A program made the translations under genes and the position numbers. A stretch of DNA of 55,902 nt, filler included, from Sphacelaria rigidula (taxonomy: Eukaryota), in NCBI GenBank assembly GCA_964200075.2. It is 5 parts of 5 records of this genome, joined end to end, with 100 filler letters (N's around TTAATTAATTAA, not from the genome) between each part and the next. Parts side by side here need not be neighbours in the genome. Positions count along the whole stretch, not along the records: positions 1 to 11,101 come from CAXNAA020005385.1; positions 11,202 to 22,302 come from CAXNAA020005386.1; 3 more parts are not named here. One strand, given 5' to 3'. Below, piece after piece: positions 1-11,744 of this stretch. Under the pieces are notes generated by a model, which was given only the letters and a program-made list of their open reading frames with translations, ran no database searches and had not been told where the DNA came from. Positions within the stretch are counted from its first letter, which is position 1. Each line of letters begins with the position of its first letter.

Positions 1-93
1 GTTGTGTGTTGTCGTCCCATTTATTCTGATGCACCCACATACACCGAAAGATGTAGACTGGTGCCCAGAATAAATGGGACGACAACACACAAC
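1..93. repeat. Inverted repeat / hairpin at scaffold start
   Basis: 1-28 GTTGTGTGTTGTCGTCCCATTTATTCTG is the exact reverse complement of 66-93; 37-nt spacer. Confidence 0.9.
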
Positions 94-236
94 AACACAG
101 TGGCCATATCCACAACTACATAGTTTCAACGAGCCTAACCATAACATCATGAGCACCTCCGTCAGCGAGGTACGGCCTATCCTCCATAATAACGGACTTT
201 ACTTATGGGAAAGAGGAAGTATGTATACATGTGTAT

Positions 237-566
237 CACAGGCACCGTAGGTACCGAGCGTACCCCTGGTATTTACCGGAGTATCCCATACCTTGGTATG
301 CGTAGGTATCGTAGGTATGACATTTCAAAATACCGGATTGGGCGGGTACGATAGGTATTGAAATATCAAAATACCCTGGTATCGTAGGTATCGTAGGTGT
401 GACATTTCAAAATACCGGATTTGGCAGGTACGGTAGGTATTGAAATTTCGAAATACCTTGGTACCGTAGGTATCGTAGGTATGAGTTTCGAAAATACCGG
501 ATGGGGTCGGTATCGGTAGGGTATAAGATGTCCCAAATACCGGTACCGGGTACCTACCTGCCTTAT
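237..566. mobile_element. Non-autonomous DNA transposon-like element with 41-bp internal repeats, copy 1
   Basis: Starts CACAGGCACCGTAGGTA, degenerate inverted end TACCTACCTGCCT at ~551-563; AAATACC motif recurs at 331, 372, 413, 454, 495 (41-bp period, 82-bp dimer). Confidence 0.65.
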
Positions 567-644
567 CCTACACCGAATTCAAAACTGCCATCTGGCAGTG
601 CGAAGTGTTTTAGATCTGGGTGCAAGTTGGGCAGTCGAAGTTTT

Positions 645-1019
645 CACTGGCACCGTAGGTAAGGTACCGTACCGAGCGTATCCCCGGTATTTCCCGGGGT
701 ATCCCATACCGTGGTATGCGTAGGTATCATAGGTANNNNNNNNNNTAGGGTAGGTATTGAAATCTCGAAATGCCCTGGTACCGTAGGTATCGTAGGTATG
801 ACATTTCAAAACACCGAATTGAGCGGGTACGGTAGGTATTGAAATATCAAAATACCCTGGTACCATAGGTATCGTAGGTATGATATTGCAAAATACTGGA
901 TTTAGCGGGTACGGTAGGTATTGAAATCTCGAAATACCCTGGTATGGCAGGTATCGTAGGCATGACATTTCACAATACCGGATGGGGTCGGTATCGGTAG
1001 GGTATAAGATGTCCCAAAT
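645..1019. mobile_element. Copy 2 of the same element, truncated by the Gypsy insertion
   Basis: Starts CACTGGCACCGTAGGTA; colinear with 237-538 up to GTCCCAAAT, then switches to TGTTA at 1020; 10-N gap at 736-745. Confidence 0.7.
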
Positions 1020-1563
1020 TGTTATGGTGTTAAGCAGGATGCACTCTCTTGTGTGCACGCCGAGTCGGGTCAGATCCTCTTTAGGTCTACCCTGGCAGGG
1101 TCAAATTATGTTCAAAATCAGTTCACAACAATGTAGCTTCACGCAATAAGCTATACCCACTTGATACAAAAGACTCTTGTTCACTCGTATTCGTTATCGC
1201 TCCTTTCAATGCTCTCTCACGTTGCTCACCAGCTATAGCAATGCTTGGCAATCAGCTCCAGATCGCAAGTGTGTCAAGAGGGCTCACTATCGACCATGAC
1301 TGTACCTTTTATCAGCCTCACATCCGTCCTAGTTCAGGCTTGGTCAGACCCGTAACTACAAAATCCCAGGTTTGATAATAAACGCCTCCTAGCTTCATGA
1401 CACTCGCCCATCTAGACGAACCTCTGTTACAGTTTCGATGAGAGACCTCGAGAAGCAACGAAAATCGAAGTTCTTCGTTACGTCAAGTCATGAGCGACAA
1501 GGAGCGAAGCCAATGCTATAAAAGCACTCGGCCAGAGTGGCTGAAAAAAGAAAAGAAGATACA
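1020..1563 (-). repeat. Putative 3' LTR of element A (right boundary uncertain)
   Basis: Begins TGT exactly where the flanking repeat is interrupted; candidate ACA end at 1563 next to a short G tract on the minus strand. No partner LTR in the window to confirm. Confidence 0.4.
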
Positions 1564-2171
1564 CCCCATACGACGAGGGCAACATCCACGCCGTTGCCCG
1601 ATCCTCCCACACCTCAAGCAAGGTAAGCAAAATCCGTTGTCGAAAAAGCGCAAGTGCGCTTGAAGACGCAGGAGCACACAATGCTGCTGCGGGCCAGCGA
1701 ACTGAACAGACGAACATAAAAATGCCTCGACGTGCTAGCCAAAAAAAAGAGGCAAAAGAGAAATCACACCAGGGCACAACGTCTACGCGGGTGGCACCAA
1801 AGTCAACCGCCGAAAGGTCAATCACAGGCGGCGAGCGCATGGCGGCTGAGGAAAGCAAAGGAATCAGCAACATAAAGACTGCAAGTAATTCAGCGCCAGC
1901 CATATACATCAAGAGCGAGAATACGAAAAGCTCCAGTAGCCGAGGATGAAGGTGCTCCTGCCAAGGTTCATTCGTGGTCCGACGTTGTGCGCTGAGGAAG
2001 CTCCGGTTGTAGGCTGTTGAAGGAGTTGGTGGACAGCACTGGTGAGTCCTGAGTGGTGGGAGAAGGGAAATATATATATATACATATATATCAAATACAA
2101 CGGCAGAGGAAGAGAAGAAAAGAAAAAAGGAAACAATGTCGGGGAGGGGGAGGCAAGAGGTTTGTGTAAGC

Positions 2172-3455
2172 TTAAAGCGGTGCGTTGACATCGTGTGTGC
2201 GATCAGCATTATGTTGAATTCCGCGGCGGAGGCCTTTGGACTTGAGTCGCTGAAGACACCAAGATCCTTTCGGTGCGGATGGACTTGTTGTGTAAAGCTG
2301 TGGGCGGTGTTTGAGGTGTACGGGTCCGGGGTCATCGATGAAGCGCACGATGTATGTGTCAGGCGCGGTGAGGTCTGCGGAGTTGGTCTGGCCCAACCAC
2401 CAGGGGTTGTCGCTACCTTTGTACCACAAGTAAGCGCCTTTGGGGAGGAAGTCCTGTTTCGCGCGAATCTTTTCTTCCCGATGCTTGGTGGCTACTGGTT
2501 CATAGCCGTCAACGACAAAGCGTAAACCTTGGTTACGATGGAGTTCACGCGCTGCTGCGCCGCGGCGCATGTTGCGATATTTTTTGTTGTTAGCAAGGTG
2601 TTGCTGCTGAGGTTGTGTCCAGTAAAGGAGAATACCTCGGCGGTGCAGCTGAAGGTCGGATTCGCGTTCCCAAGACGCTCTCCGAAGGCCTTGCCAGTGA
2701 GTTTTGTACATGACAGCAATTTTACCGCCTCGACCGCGGGTGATCTGGTGACCAGAAATGTGGGACACGGCGAGACGAAGGGGTTGTTCCGTCACATCGT
2801 CGGTAGTAAGGTGATAAGGCGGTGATTTGGTCGAATAGCTCTTAAGTACGTACTGCGTAAGACCGGCGGGCAAATATTTGGGCATGTCTCTAGTACCATG
2901 CGGATGGATGCAAGGTTTACAACGGTGTACAGAGACGCGGGGTTTGGCGTCACGTCCCTGGAGATCGCGAGGGAGATCGAGATAAAGAAGTTTGTCACCA
3001 ACAGGTTTGTCGTCAGGTGATGATGGCGAGGGTCCTGCGGGCAGAATTTTAAATGGTCCTGTCCAGTTGAGGGAGAGCTTAGTCTTCAAGACTGTCTCGC
3101 TGGCGCCTCTGTCGGCGCCTTGGCGGATGGTTGACAAGCTGTTGTAAACCCAGACCCCATCGCCAACCTTCCAAGTAGGTCGTTTGTGCATCAAGTCATA
3201 GAGAGCATCATTAGATCGCTCAAGACGCGAGGCGTTGATAGCGTGTTGTTCACGCACGAGAGTGAAAGCTTTGCGCTGGCGTGTACGCGGCAGGCCATGG
3301 TAGGATATCTGATCCTGATCCAAGCCTTGATGGCCATCAAACGTGTGTCTCTCAAACACGGTGATGGGCAGGCGGGGGGTAGCGGCCGAGATGTAACTCG
3401 TTCGGAGAAAGGCCGGTAGCAGCGTTGACCGAGTTGTTATAAGACAGCATGACAT
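2172..3455 (-). pseudogene. Integrase C-terminal region: GPY/F motif, chromodomain, PWWP/Tudor-like module
   Basis: KLSLNWTGPFKI (GPY/F); ISGHQ...YKTHWQG...SWERESDL (chromo-like); GAYLWYKGSDNPWWLG...YIVRFIDD. Confidence 0.8.
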
Positions 3456-3480
3456 GTGAGAGATGTAGATCCCAATTATT

Positions 3481-5097
3481 TTATCGATCGTTAACTACCA
3501 TAGACAGCATCTGGGCGATGGTGTGGTCAACTCTTTCAGTACCGCCATCACCATTAGGATGATAAGCGCTCGTGGCGATCTTTCGAATGCCCCGGAGCAT
3601 GTACAGTTCGTTCGAGGGATCGGAGCAAAATTGCTGACCATTGTCGGAGAGAAGCCGTTTCGGGCAACCATAGTGTTTGATATAGTCGTGAACTAAGATG
3701 TTAGCAGTGCCTGCCGCTGTGAAGTCTCCAGCGGTGACGGCGTACATGGCTGCGTGACGGCTGAAACGGTCGGTAAAGAGCAAGATGTAGGTGTTGCCAC
3801 GGTCAGTGGGCGGTAACGGACCGCAATAGTCGAAAGATGCGAGGTGACCAGGAGCGTTGGGAAGTGCCATCGGAATGACTGGCCAACGTATTGTCTGTCG
3901 TGAGGTTTTGCGAACTTGACACTTGAAGCATCGTCGAATCCAGAAGCGGGTGGACACCTCCATACCGACCCACCAGTAGAAACGTTCGAGTAACGGTAAT
4001 GTGCGCGTGACACCAAGGTGGCAAGACAGGTCAATGTGGCAGCATTTTATTACCCACGGTCGCATCAAAAAAGGGTCATATATCCGAGTGGGTTCATCGT
4101 CAAGTACGCGTGCTTGACGTCCAGTGGGCGCGGATGAAGTTACACGCCGCTGAGGCGTAGGGTGGCGGACAAGGAGTTCGATTCCGTCATCAGTTGTGAA
4201 GATAGTACCTTTACGTGCGAGTTCGTACACTTCAGCGGCGTTTGGTGGTGGCAATGTGCCAACCGGGGCCGATATACTGGCCGGGATAGGGGCAGGGCAG
4301 CCAGCACGGAGGTACCGCATGGTAGCGCGGCATAATGGCTCTGCTTGTTGTTCACGAGCCCATTCACGATGGGAGTAACTGGCGAGAAATTCACGCAGTT
4401 GGCCTTCCGCCGGAGAGTCGACCAGACATGGTGGCTCAGGAAGCGGTGGAACAGGTGACGGAGGGGAGGTGCCAACGTCGATGTGTACATCGGGAGCATC
4501 AGAAGGGGCGGGCACGGACTGGACCGCGGCGGGCGGCGATGTCGCAGTAGTGCGCGCCGGAGATCGCGCTCGGCGCTTGTTGTGATAACTGCGCGTGGCG
4601 GGGGTTGTCAAGGCTCGTGGTGCAGTGTTGCGGGGAGCCGGCGCTACGCTACTCGCAGGAGCAGTAGGTGTTGTCGGTGGCGGCGGGACGCGGGGAGGCT
4701 TAGCGCGGGCGGCAGACCGAGAGCGCGTACTGTCGGAAATGAGATGGATAACTGGAGGTGATGAAACTGCAATATTTGCGCGAGGACCGATAGTACGGAA
4801 ATCGGTGAAATTGGCGTCTGTGGCTTTTAGCCCATCCAAGACTACATCATACGGTAGGGGGCGAGGGCCGCCCATGTGCATACCCGTCTCTGGGCAATGA
4901 AGGTCAAGGGCGTAAATGGGCGTTGAGAAACGCCGGGTAGGGTACACGCCGGGTTCATCTGGTTCAGTTAGTCGGCAAGCGGGGCTGGAATCGACAGCCG
5001 TTGGAGGGAGGGGCAAGCGGGAGAGAAGGTCAGCATTCCCGTTGGTTTTGCCAGGGCGGTGTTTGACCGTATACTGATAAGCTGTCAGGAACTCCAA
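3481..5097 (-). pseudogene. RNase H end, Pro/Ala/Thr-rich linker and integrase core
   Basis: HRPGKTNGNADLLSR (RNase H end); H-x5-H...CFKC zinc motif; SFDYCGP, LLSDNGQQF, YHPNGDGGTER (DDE core). Confidence 0.92.
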
Positions 5098-5099
5098 CT

Positions 5100-5950
5100 A
5101 ACGTTGCACACGCGGATTATGTTCGCCAACTTTGGCGAGTTGTTTAAGTGCTCCGTGATCCGTGTAGATTGGAAAGGCACATGAAACAAATATTATCGAA
5201 CGCGCTTTATGGCCCAAGTGATGACTCCGTCTTCCAGCTCCAGTAGACTCCAGTCGGCCTCGTTCGGCAGGGTGGCGCGACTGATATAGAGGATGGGTCG
5301 AATAGAGTCATCGAGTTGGGGTTGATTCAGGACCGCGCCGAACCCGTCGGTGCTCGCGTCTGTGTGTAGTTGAAAGAGGCGAGAACCGTCTTGTACGGCA
5401 TCCCAATCTGGGAAACAAAGGACCGTTTTTTCGGTGAGCGTTTTCAGCAAATCGCGCACGATAGCTTCCGTATCTGTGGTGAACACAAACGCGGCGCCTT
5501 TTTTGAGCAAGTCCGTAATGGGGCGAACCCGTTTGCATAGGTTAGGCAAAAAATTGCGATAGTAGGACAGCCCACCTAATAATGAGCGGAGCTGAGTAAC
5601 GTTTGTGGGCATCGGTAATTTGGTCATTGCCCTTACTTTGTTGGTTTCGGGGTGTAGACCCGCCGGTGAAATTGAGTGTCCCAGAAAATCCAGTTCAGTC
5701 GCCCCAAGGCAAGCTCTGGATGGAGACAGCTTCAAATCATGTTTCCGCAGTCTAGAAAGAAACTCTCGTAAGGTGTGTACATGCGCAAGAGGGGAGGCAT
5801 CGAATGTGATAGCGTCGTCCAAGTACATGATGACGTGTTCGAGACTTCCTGTAACGCATTGCATCATGCGTTGAAAACAACGTGGTGCAGTGGCAGCGCC
5901 TTGTGGCATACGGAGTCATTCGTTGACCCCAGAAGATGTGCAGAACGCTG
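5100..5950 (-). pseudogene. Reverse transcriptase C-part and RNase H
   Basis: MPQG...FQRMM, YLDD, FLGH, LHTDASTDGFGAVL motifs. Confidence 0.95.
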
Positions 5951-5953
5951 TCA

Positions 5954-6728
5954 GGCGGCATCTTATCACAAGTGATTATCACTTTTCAAAAAATCACTTT
6001 GTAAAAAACGACCGATGATTGGTTGCTGCGATACCACCCCCTCCAAAAAGTGCCAAAAAATCCCTTTCGCAAAAGTGATTTTGTGACACCTCGAACGGGA
6101 ACATACAACATCCCGTTGACGGGGGCATAACCGAAGTCTTGACAGACAAGTCAACACAATCAAACGTGAACCTGAGGATTGCATTAGCCTCTCAAACCAA
6201 AACACACCGCTCCATTCATTGCTGCTCATCAGCCGAGCACGCTGTGCGTGACCTTGTTCAAATCGATTCAGAATTCAGTGAGAAATAGTGATTTGCGTGA
6301 GACGCGCGCACAACACACGCTCAAAAACAGTCAGCAACAGCACGTTTTGGGTTGCTAGTTGACACGCAAACGGCTGACTTCCATCTAATACTGGACGGAT
6401 TTCCGTCAAATGAAGGCTGTCGTGTGTGGATGATGAAGAGCTAGCACTTGAGCTCATGTGCGCGAGTGGTGAAAATCTATCCGTCTGTTTTCGTGGCTAG
6501 GTGTGTCGGCGCTGTGTCACCTCTTTGCGTCTTTTCCGCAGCAGTACAGACATTTTGGACTAACGGCCACTTCCAGAACCGCCGCATTTTTCACCTGTGT
6601 GTAGATCTGGGCTTCGATCTGAACAAAACTGCCTGTCGATAAGACACAGCACTGGTCGTTGTGGGGGCAATCACTTCTTCAAAAGTGATTTTTTGAAAAG
6701 TGATAATCACTTCTGATAAGATGCCGCC
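5954..6728. mobile_element. PIF/Harbinger-type MITE (775 bp) inserted in RT
   Basis: ~47-bp TIRs GGCGGCATCTTATCA(C/G)AAGTGATTATCACTTTTCAAAAAATCACTTT; TCA TSD at 5951-5953 and 6729-6731; removal restores RT frame TVPLTAFCTSSG. Confidence 0.92.
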
Positions 6729-6731
6729 TCA

Positions 6732-7150
6732 GTGGGACTGTATCAGGGTGGATAACATTCTGAAAAAATCCAGAAGCGAGGTCGAAGGTACTGAATATTT
6801 TGCCTTCGCCTAGAGAGTCGAAGACTTCATCTATGCGAGGAAAGGGAAGTTTTCCCACTACAGTGATGCGGTTTAGCTGTTGATAATTCACGGTGATGCG
6901 TATATTTCTATCCTTTTGGGGGACTACCACTAGCGTTGAGGCCCACGGAGAAAAGTAGTGTTGGATTAAACCGGCATCTAAGTACGCATCTAAAATGACG
7001 TTAACTTTTTTGGTGGGGATGGGGTTCGTCCGATACGGCCGAGAAGAGATTGGCGAAACGCCAGGTTGAAGGGTGATTTCAAAGTGCAGCATTTTGCAAT
7101 GCCCCAGATCCGTTTTGGATCAAGAAAATCTGCCTTGGTACTCCAATAAA
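6732..7150 (-). pseudogene. Reverse transcriptase N-part
   Basis: SRPYR, SPWAS, RITVNYQQLN, PRIDEVFDSL, FSTFDLASGFFQ. Confidence 0.93.
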
Positions 7151-7667
7151 ACATCGCTCAATTCTCTGGCTATAGGCGTTGCAGCACTTCAGCAGGAGGG
7201 TCGGACGTTGACGGTGCAGGGTCCACGGTGTGGATACGTGGAGACGAAGAGGTTACGTCGAAGTAAGGCTCATCGACGTAATTGACAGAACCATTTGTCG
7301 GAGGCGCCGAGTTGGGCGTCGAGGGTTCAGTGGTACACATTTCAAGTGGAATGTGCATGAGGGCAGCAGCAATGTCTAAGACATCTCCGGGTTCCAAATT
7401 AGCATGACCCGTGAGTGGAAAAAGCTGTTTTCCGGCGGAGACAACGTGTTCTTTGCCGGCAGGCGCACCAACCCAAGAAATAATTTCAGCGAGGTAGTGT
7501 CCCGTAAGGGCAGGCATGCTAGTTCGGCGGACGAAGGCAACTTTTAGCAGTTGAGGATCGTCGGAGAGGGTAACACCAGCAGTACCATCGTATCGGAGGT
7601 GGTAAGTAGCTCCGGTAGTTTGTTCATTTTTTGATAGACCAAGACGCCGTGAAGAGTACCGAAATGT

Positions 7668-8144
7668 TCAAGGTTGAGTTCTCCACGAGGCGCGCTGTGG
7701 CGATAATGGTGGTAGTGTGCGGTAGGTGCGTTGGTCAAACCGCACATAACTATCTCGGCCCATGAGTAAGGCGTGAGCCATGGTGCTGTCGGAGACAACA
7801 TATGCCCAGACTGCAAGGCTGGAAGAACGAGTTGTGTTGTGAAAGAATTGCACACTGAGACGAACTGATATTCGTGTGGTCAAAGGTGCGGTGGAGTCAC
7901 CAAAACCGCCCCATACTCGAGGTTTGGTGGTGATTTCGCAAGCTGCTGAAGCAGCGCCAATCTCTTTCATATGTTCCCATATTGACTCACGAATAAATGT
8001 TTGTGGACTGCCGCTATCGAAGAAAGAGACACATGTGGCAGTCGTGGTTGCGTATGGTCCACAATGGAGCGTTACGCGAGTAGTAAAAGTGGCAGGATCA
8101 ACAGACACTTTACCGCCGACAAGATCCGGTCCATGTTCAGCCAA
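7668..8144 (-). pseudogene. Retropepsin-type aspartic protease
   Basis: FFDSGSPQTFI active site and LLMGRD C-terminal motif. Confidence 0.85.
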
Positions 8145-9144
8145 GGTGAATTGATCGGAATCAGTAGTGCTGACGGCGAAAACGGACGGCGGGTGATCCG
8201 CCGGGGGTTCAACTTGCTCACCAGAAAGTTTGGTGGATGATGTGTGATCCCCCGCGTTAGCACAGCTCGGCTGGTCATTAGCAATTTCATATATGACGGT
8301 GTTGGGAAGGCAGGGATCAAAGTCAGTGTAGTCCGCAGAAGAGGTAGAAATATACGAAATATCTTATTTGGATTCTTCTGGGACACTTAATAAATTCATC
8401 GAGCTCAGAGTCGTCGCATTTTGGAGAGAGTGAGGTCGAGATTTTCCACTCGAGGGAGGTGTATGTGTTGATGCGCGCGCTTTAGTGGGGGCATGTTCAC
8501 GGGGCTTCCTCCCTCGCCATGACAAAGGGCGGGGAACTTCCAAAGTGTTTGGGGAAAGCCCAACTGCGTCCAGTTGAGGGGATGGGGTCAGCATCCGGGC
8601 ATGCTCGGGCGAAGCTTATGGACTGTCCGCTGGCAAGCTTGGCTAAGGAGTCAGAGCCGAAGGTATAGTAGGATGGTTAATGTGGGAACCGGTCAGGGGT
8701 AGCTTCGCATGGTGCAATGAACGCGAAGAATGAACTCGTTCGACCTGGATGGGTGTTACATGGTCCGAGGTGGTCAAATTCAGACCAGCGGCACTTGAGC
8801 CAGTCGAGTGAATTATACTACTGCCTGTGCGTGCGGTCGCTGAGGGAAGCCTTTGTCTCGGAGACGGGCGGTTGCTGTTCCCACACCTCAGACTTACGCT
8901 CAGTTCTGAAGGACCAAGTCCAGAGCTCAGTGTAGAGCTAAGTTGTGAGTCAACGCAACTGTTACGCTGTGTGCGAAGAGGTGAAGACGGGGGTTGATGA
9001 GAGCGGCCGTCATTAATACTCCTACATAGTGCCAGGGAGGTTGAGCGAGAAATTTTTATCACTCGTTCCGCGATTGGTGTTTGAAGTAGTCTTCGTGTGT
9101 GCTGTCGGCGGCGCCGAAGACGTAAAAACTTCGGCGTCGGCATG

Positions 9145-11087
9145 TCATGGATCGGTACGATCAGTCATAAAGGAACCAGGGTTTCCGGCATTGGGGTTCG
9201 AGTGATTGTGATTCGGTCCCGTGCGCTGATGTCTATCAGTGGAATTCCGGTGACGGCGACAAGAACTCTCTCTTCGCCGGGAGCCAGAGTTGTCGGAGTT
9301 GCTGGGGCGACTGTCGCGATTTGAGCAAGTGTTGTCGCGGTTGTTGAAAGGGCGACGAGAATAACGGTTGGGTGTGCGATATTCACGCATGCGTTTCTGC
9401 CATCGGCGCCATGCTGGCTCATTGTCCTGCAGCTCAGAGTTCATGAGGTCAAAAGAGTTGATACAAGGGCGAGTACAATCGCGCATACTGTGCCCTTTGA
9501 TGTTACAATTGATGCAACTATTTGCGTGACGACTGAAGGCCTCGTGTCTGGCAGCAGGCGAGAGGAGGGGGTTCCACAAATGTGGGACATCTGTAGTAAA
9601 CGCAGAGGTAGATACAGTGTAAACATCAACCCAAGTCTCGGCGGAGTACGGCCATCCGTCAAAACTGGCGCTGAACGCATCTCTCTTGTTTGCAACGCTC
9701 ATGACGGAGCCGGCCACGGAGGCAGGCACCCACGACGAACGAAGCGAAGTGTGAGACTGGTTACGGGACCCTGAAGGGGTCAAGGGAGGCGCAGAAGTAG
9801 CCTAGGAACGAGCTGGGGCATACTTGTCGCCGCGGATGGCGAGTCAAATTATTTTCTTGGTGAACGAACGCACTCCATATCGCATCCACCGAGGGATAGG
9901 GTACTTCCCGGTGCGCCAAAGCGCCAGGGAACAGAGACGGCAGAAGTGTCGGAAACAGCTCAGAAATTCTATTCCGGACATATGATTTGACACATTGCAT
10001 CCGATGGACCAGTGTGTCGGCCTATTCCCATAGCGCTTGACACGACTCGCTTAAAAGCTCGAAGATAATCGGCGAAAAAAAAGTCTGCTGCTACACCGAA
10101 AGAACTGAGTCGCTGGATCACGCTACCTTGAGTGGTGTGATCGAAGTAGCTCGTTACACGCCGCTTCAAATGAGGGAGCAATGTTGGGCCGCCGGCCCCT
10201 GGGGCACGATCCGCATCCATAGCGGAGAAGAAGCTATCGAGCACCTGAGGGGGAGAAGCGGCTGTGTCCAGCGAGCGGCGGTTGATTGCGCGATGCATGG
10301 CTTTGTGGAGAGGGGTCTGCCACCCATCTACCCAATCAGAGTCCTCGAAGCGTTGTGTTCCTGTGGCGTCGGCTATTTCAAGAATGTTACGAACAGTCCT
10401 ACGAATTGAGGTGATGAGGGCGGTAGTAAATTCGCCAGAGTCTTCATTGTCGGCCGCAGGCATTGTTTTCACATGCCAGAGTTTCTTGACATCCATCTGG
10501 ATGTACTCTCGTTGGATGGCAGCTACGCGAGCGGAGGCGGCAGTGTGAGTGTGAGCTGATGACTGGGTGTATTGCTTACGTTGTGAAGTGGCGGCAAGAT
10601 TGCGAGCCACAACGGAAGACAATGGGCGATCAGACTCATCAGAGTCGGAAAGACCTAGAATAGTTCGTGACACATCTTCGAGACGCGGGGTAACTTGCCT
10701 GGGTCCAAACGAGACCGAGGTTGGGGGGTCTTGGTGATTGCGCGTCCGGGGTCGTCCGGCAGTCGAACTAGAGCTGTTGTCGCTGTTATTCCGCTTGTGA
10801 TGCGACCCGCGGGGGTTCCGATCCAAACGCCGAGCGTTGCCACCCGAAGAGGGACTGTGCCGACGGTTGCGAGAAGAAGTCGGCGTCCATCCGTCTTTAC
10901 TGTCATCAGCGGTGGCGGTTTGGAAGGCCGTGCGTAGAGCGTCGAAGAGTTCCACCAAAACAAGCTCGTACGGAGTGGGAGTCGGGGGTGGTGGTGATTT
11001 TAGGTGGTACACCATTTGGCCAATGGTGAGGAGGAGGGGTCCGTCGGCGGGACAGGCGCCATCACTGTCCAAATACGACATGACCAC
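9145..11087 (-). pseudogene. Gag-like region (frameshifted) with CCHC zinc knuckle
   Basis: Overlapping ORFs 11087-9969, 10000-9761, 9783-9145; CINCNIKGHSMRDC = CX2CX4HX4C; lies upstream of protease. Confidence 0.8.
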
Positions 11088-11101
11088 ACCCTGAAGGAGG
11101 C

Positions 11102-11201
11102 NNNNNNNNNNNNNNNNNNNNNNNNNNNNNNNNNNNNNNNNNNNNTTAATTAATTAANNNNNNNNNNNNNNNNNNNNNNNNNNNNNNNNNNNNNNNNNNN
11201 N
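11102..11201. other. Artificial scaffold linker
   Basis: 44 N + TTAATTAATTAA + 44 N. Confidence 0.98.
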
Positions 11202-11310
11202 TTTTTTTTTTTTTTTTTTTCCCTTTTTTTTTCTTTTTTGTCGTTTTTTTTGTTCTTTTTTTTTTTTTTCTTCCTGTTCCTATTGTTTTCTGTTTTTTTT
11301 TTTTTCCTTA
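11202..11310. repeat. T-rich low-complexity tract
   Basis: Poly-T with interruptions at scaffold start. Confidence 0.9.
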
Positions 11311-11329
11311 GAGCATGTTTGAATTCCGT

Positions 11330-11410
11330 TTTCCTTGAGTACGTCTATCATGAGGCCACGGCTGGACCCCTGGTGGGTCAGTTAAAGTACGACAATCAAT
11401 CAATCAATCA
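11330..11410 (+). mobile_element. Possible LINE/SINE 3' end with (CAAT)n tail
   Basis: GGTCAGTTAAAGTACGA followed by (CAAT)4; microsatellite tails are typical of RTE-class elements. Inference only. Confidence 0.35.
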
Positions 11411-11744
11411 TTTCCGGCGCGAAAAAAGGACCTATATTTCCGTCCAGAGTGGTATGTACGAAGTATTATTTTTCGGGTGTGAACGATGCTGATTCAACGG
11501 ATCGGCTACCGTCGCGGTCAAAGGCTCAAGCACTCAAATATTGTACGTGTATTCGCTTCTTCCTCCACATCGATCGCCTGTTGCGGAGGATCCAGATCTA
11601 TGGCGTCATTTCTGACTGAAGCGCCGCTAAAGCTGCTGCCCCCAGTGGTCGCCGTGTAGAGCGGGTTGTGTGTGTCTGTGGTAGTTACACCACGGATGAC
11701 TTCTGATGCGGTCATGTTGATGTTTCAAGAAGCAAATCTATCAC

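Larger units (their letters stand above)
1020..11101 (-). mobile_element. Ty3/Gypsy LTR retrotransposon A, decayed, 5' end cut off by scaffold end
   Basis: Minus-strand order gag/zinc knuckle - protease - RT - RNase H - integrase - chromodomain, broken by stops and frameshifts. Confidence 0.93.

Noticed and set aside
579-1058. 159-aa ORF as a gene
   Set aside because: It is a translation of the 41-bp repeat and crosses an N gap.
1478-2335. 285-aa hydrophobic ORF as env-like gene
   Set aside because: Hydrophobic runs derive from simple T-rich tracts; no motif or conservation evidence.
11146-11157. TTAATTAATTAA as a biological motif
   Set aside because: Identical in four N-padded linkers; artificial.
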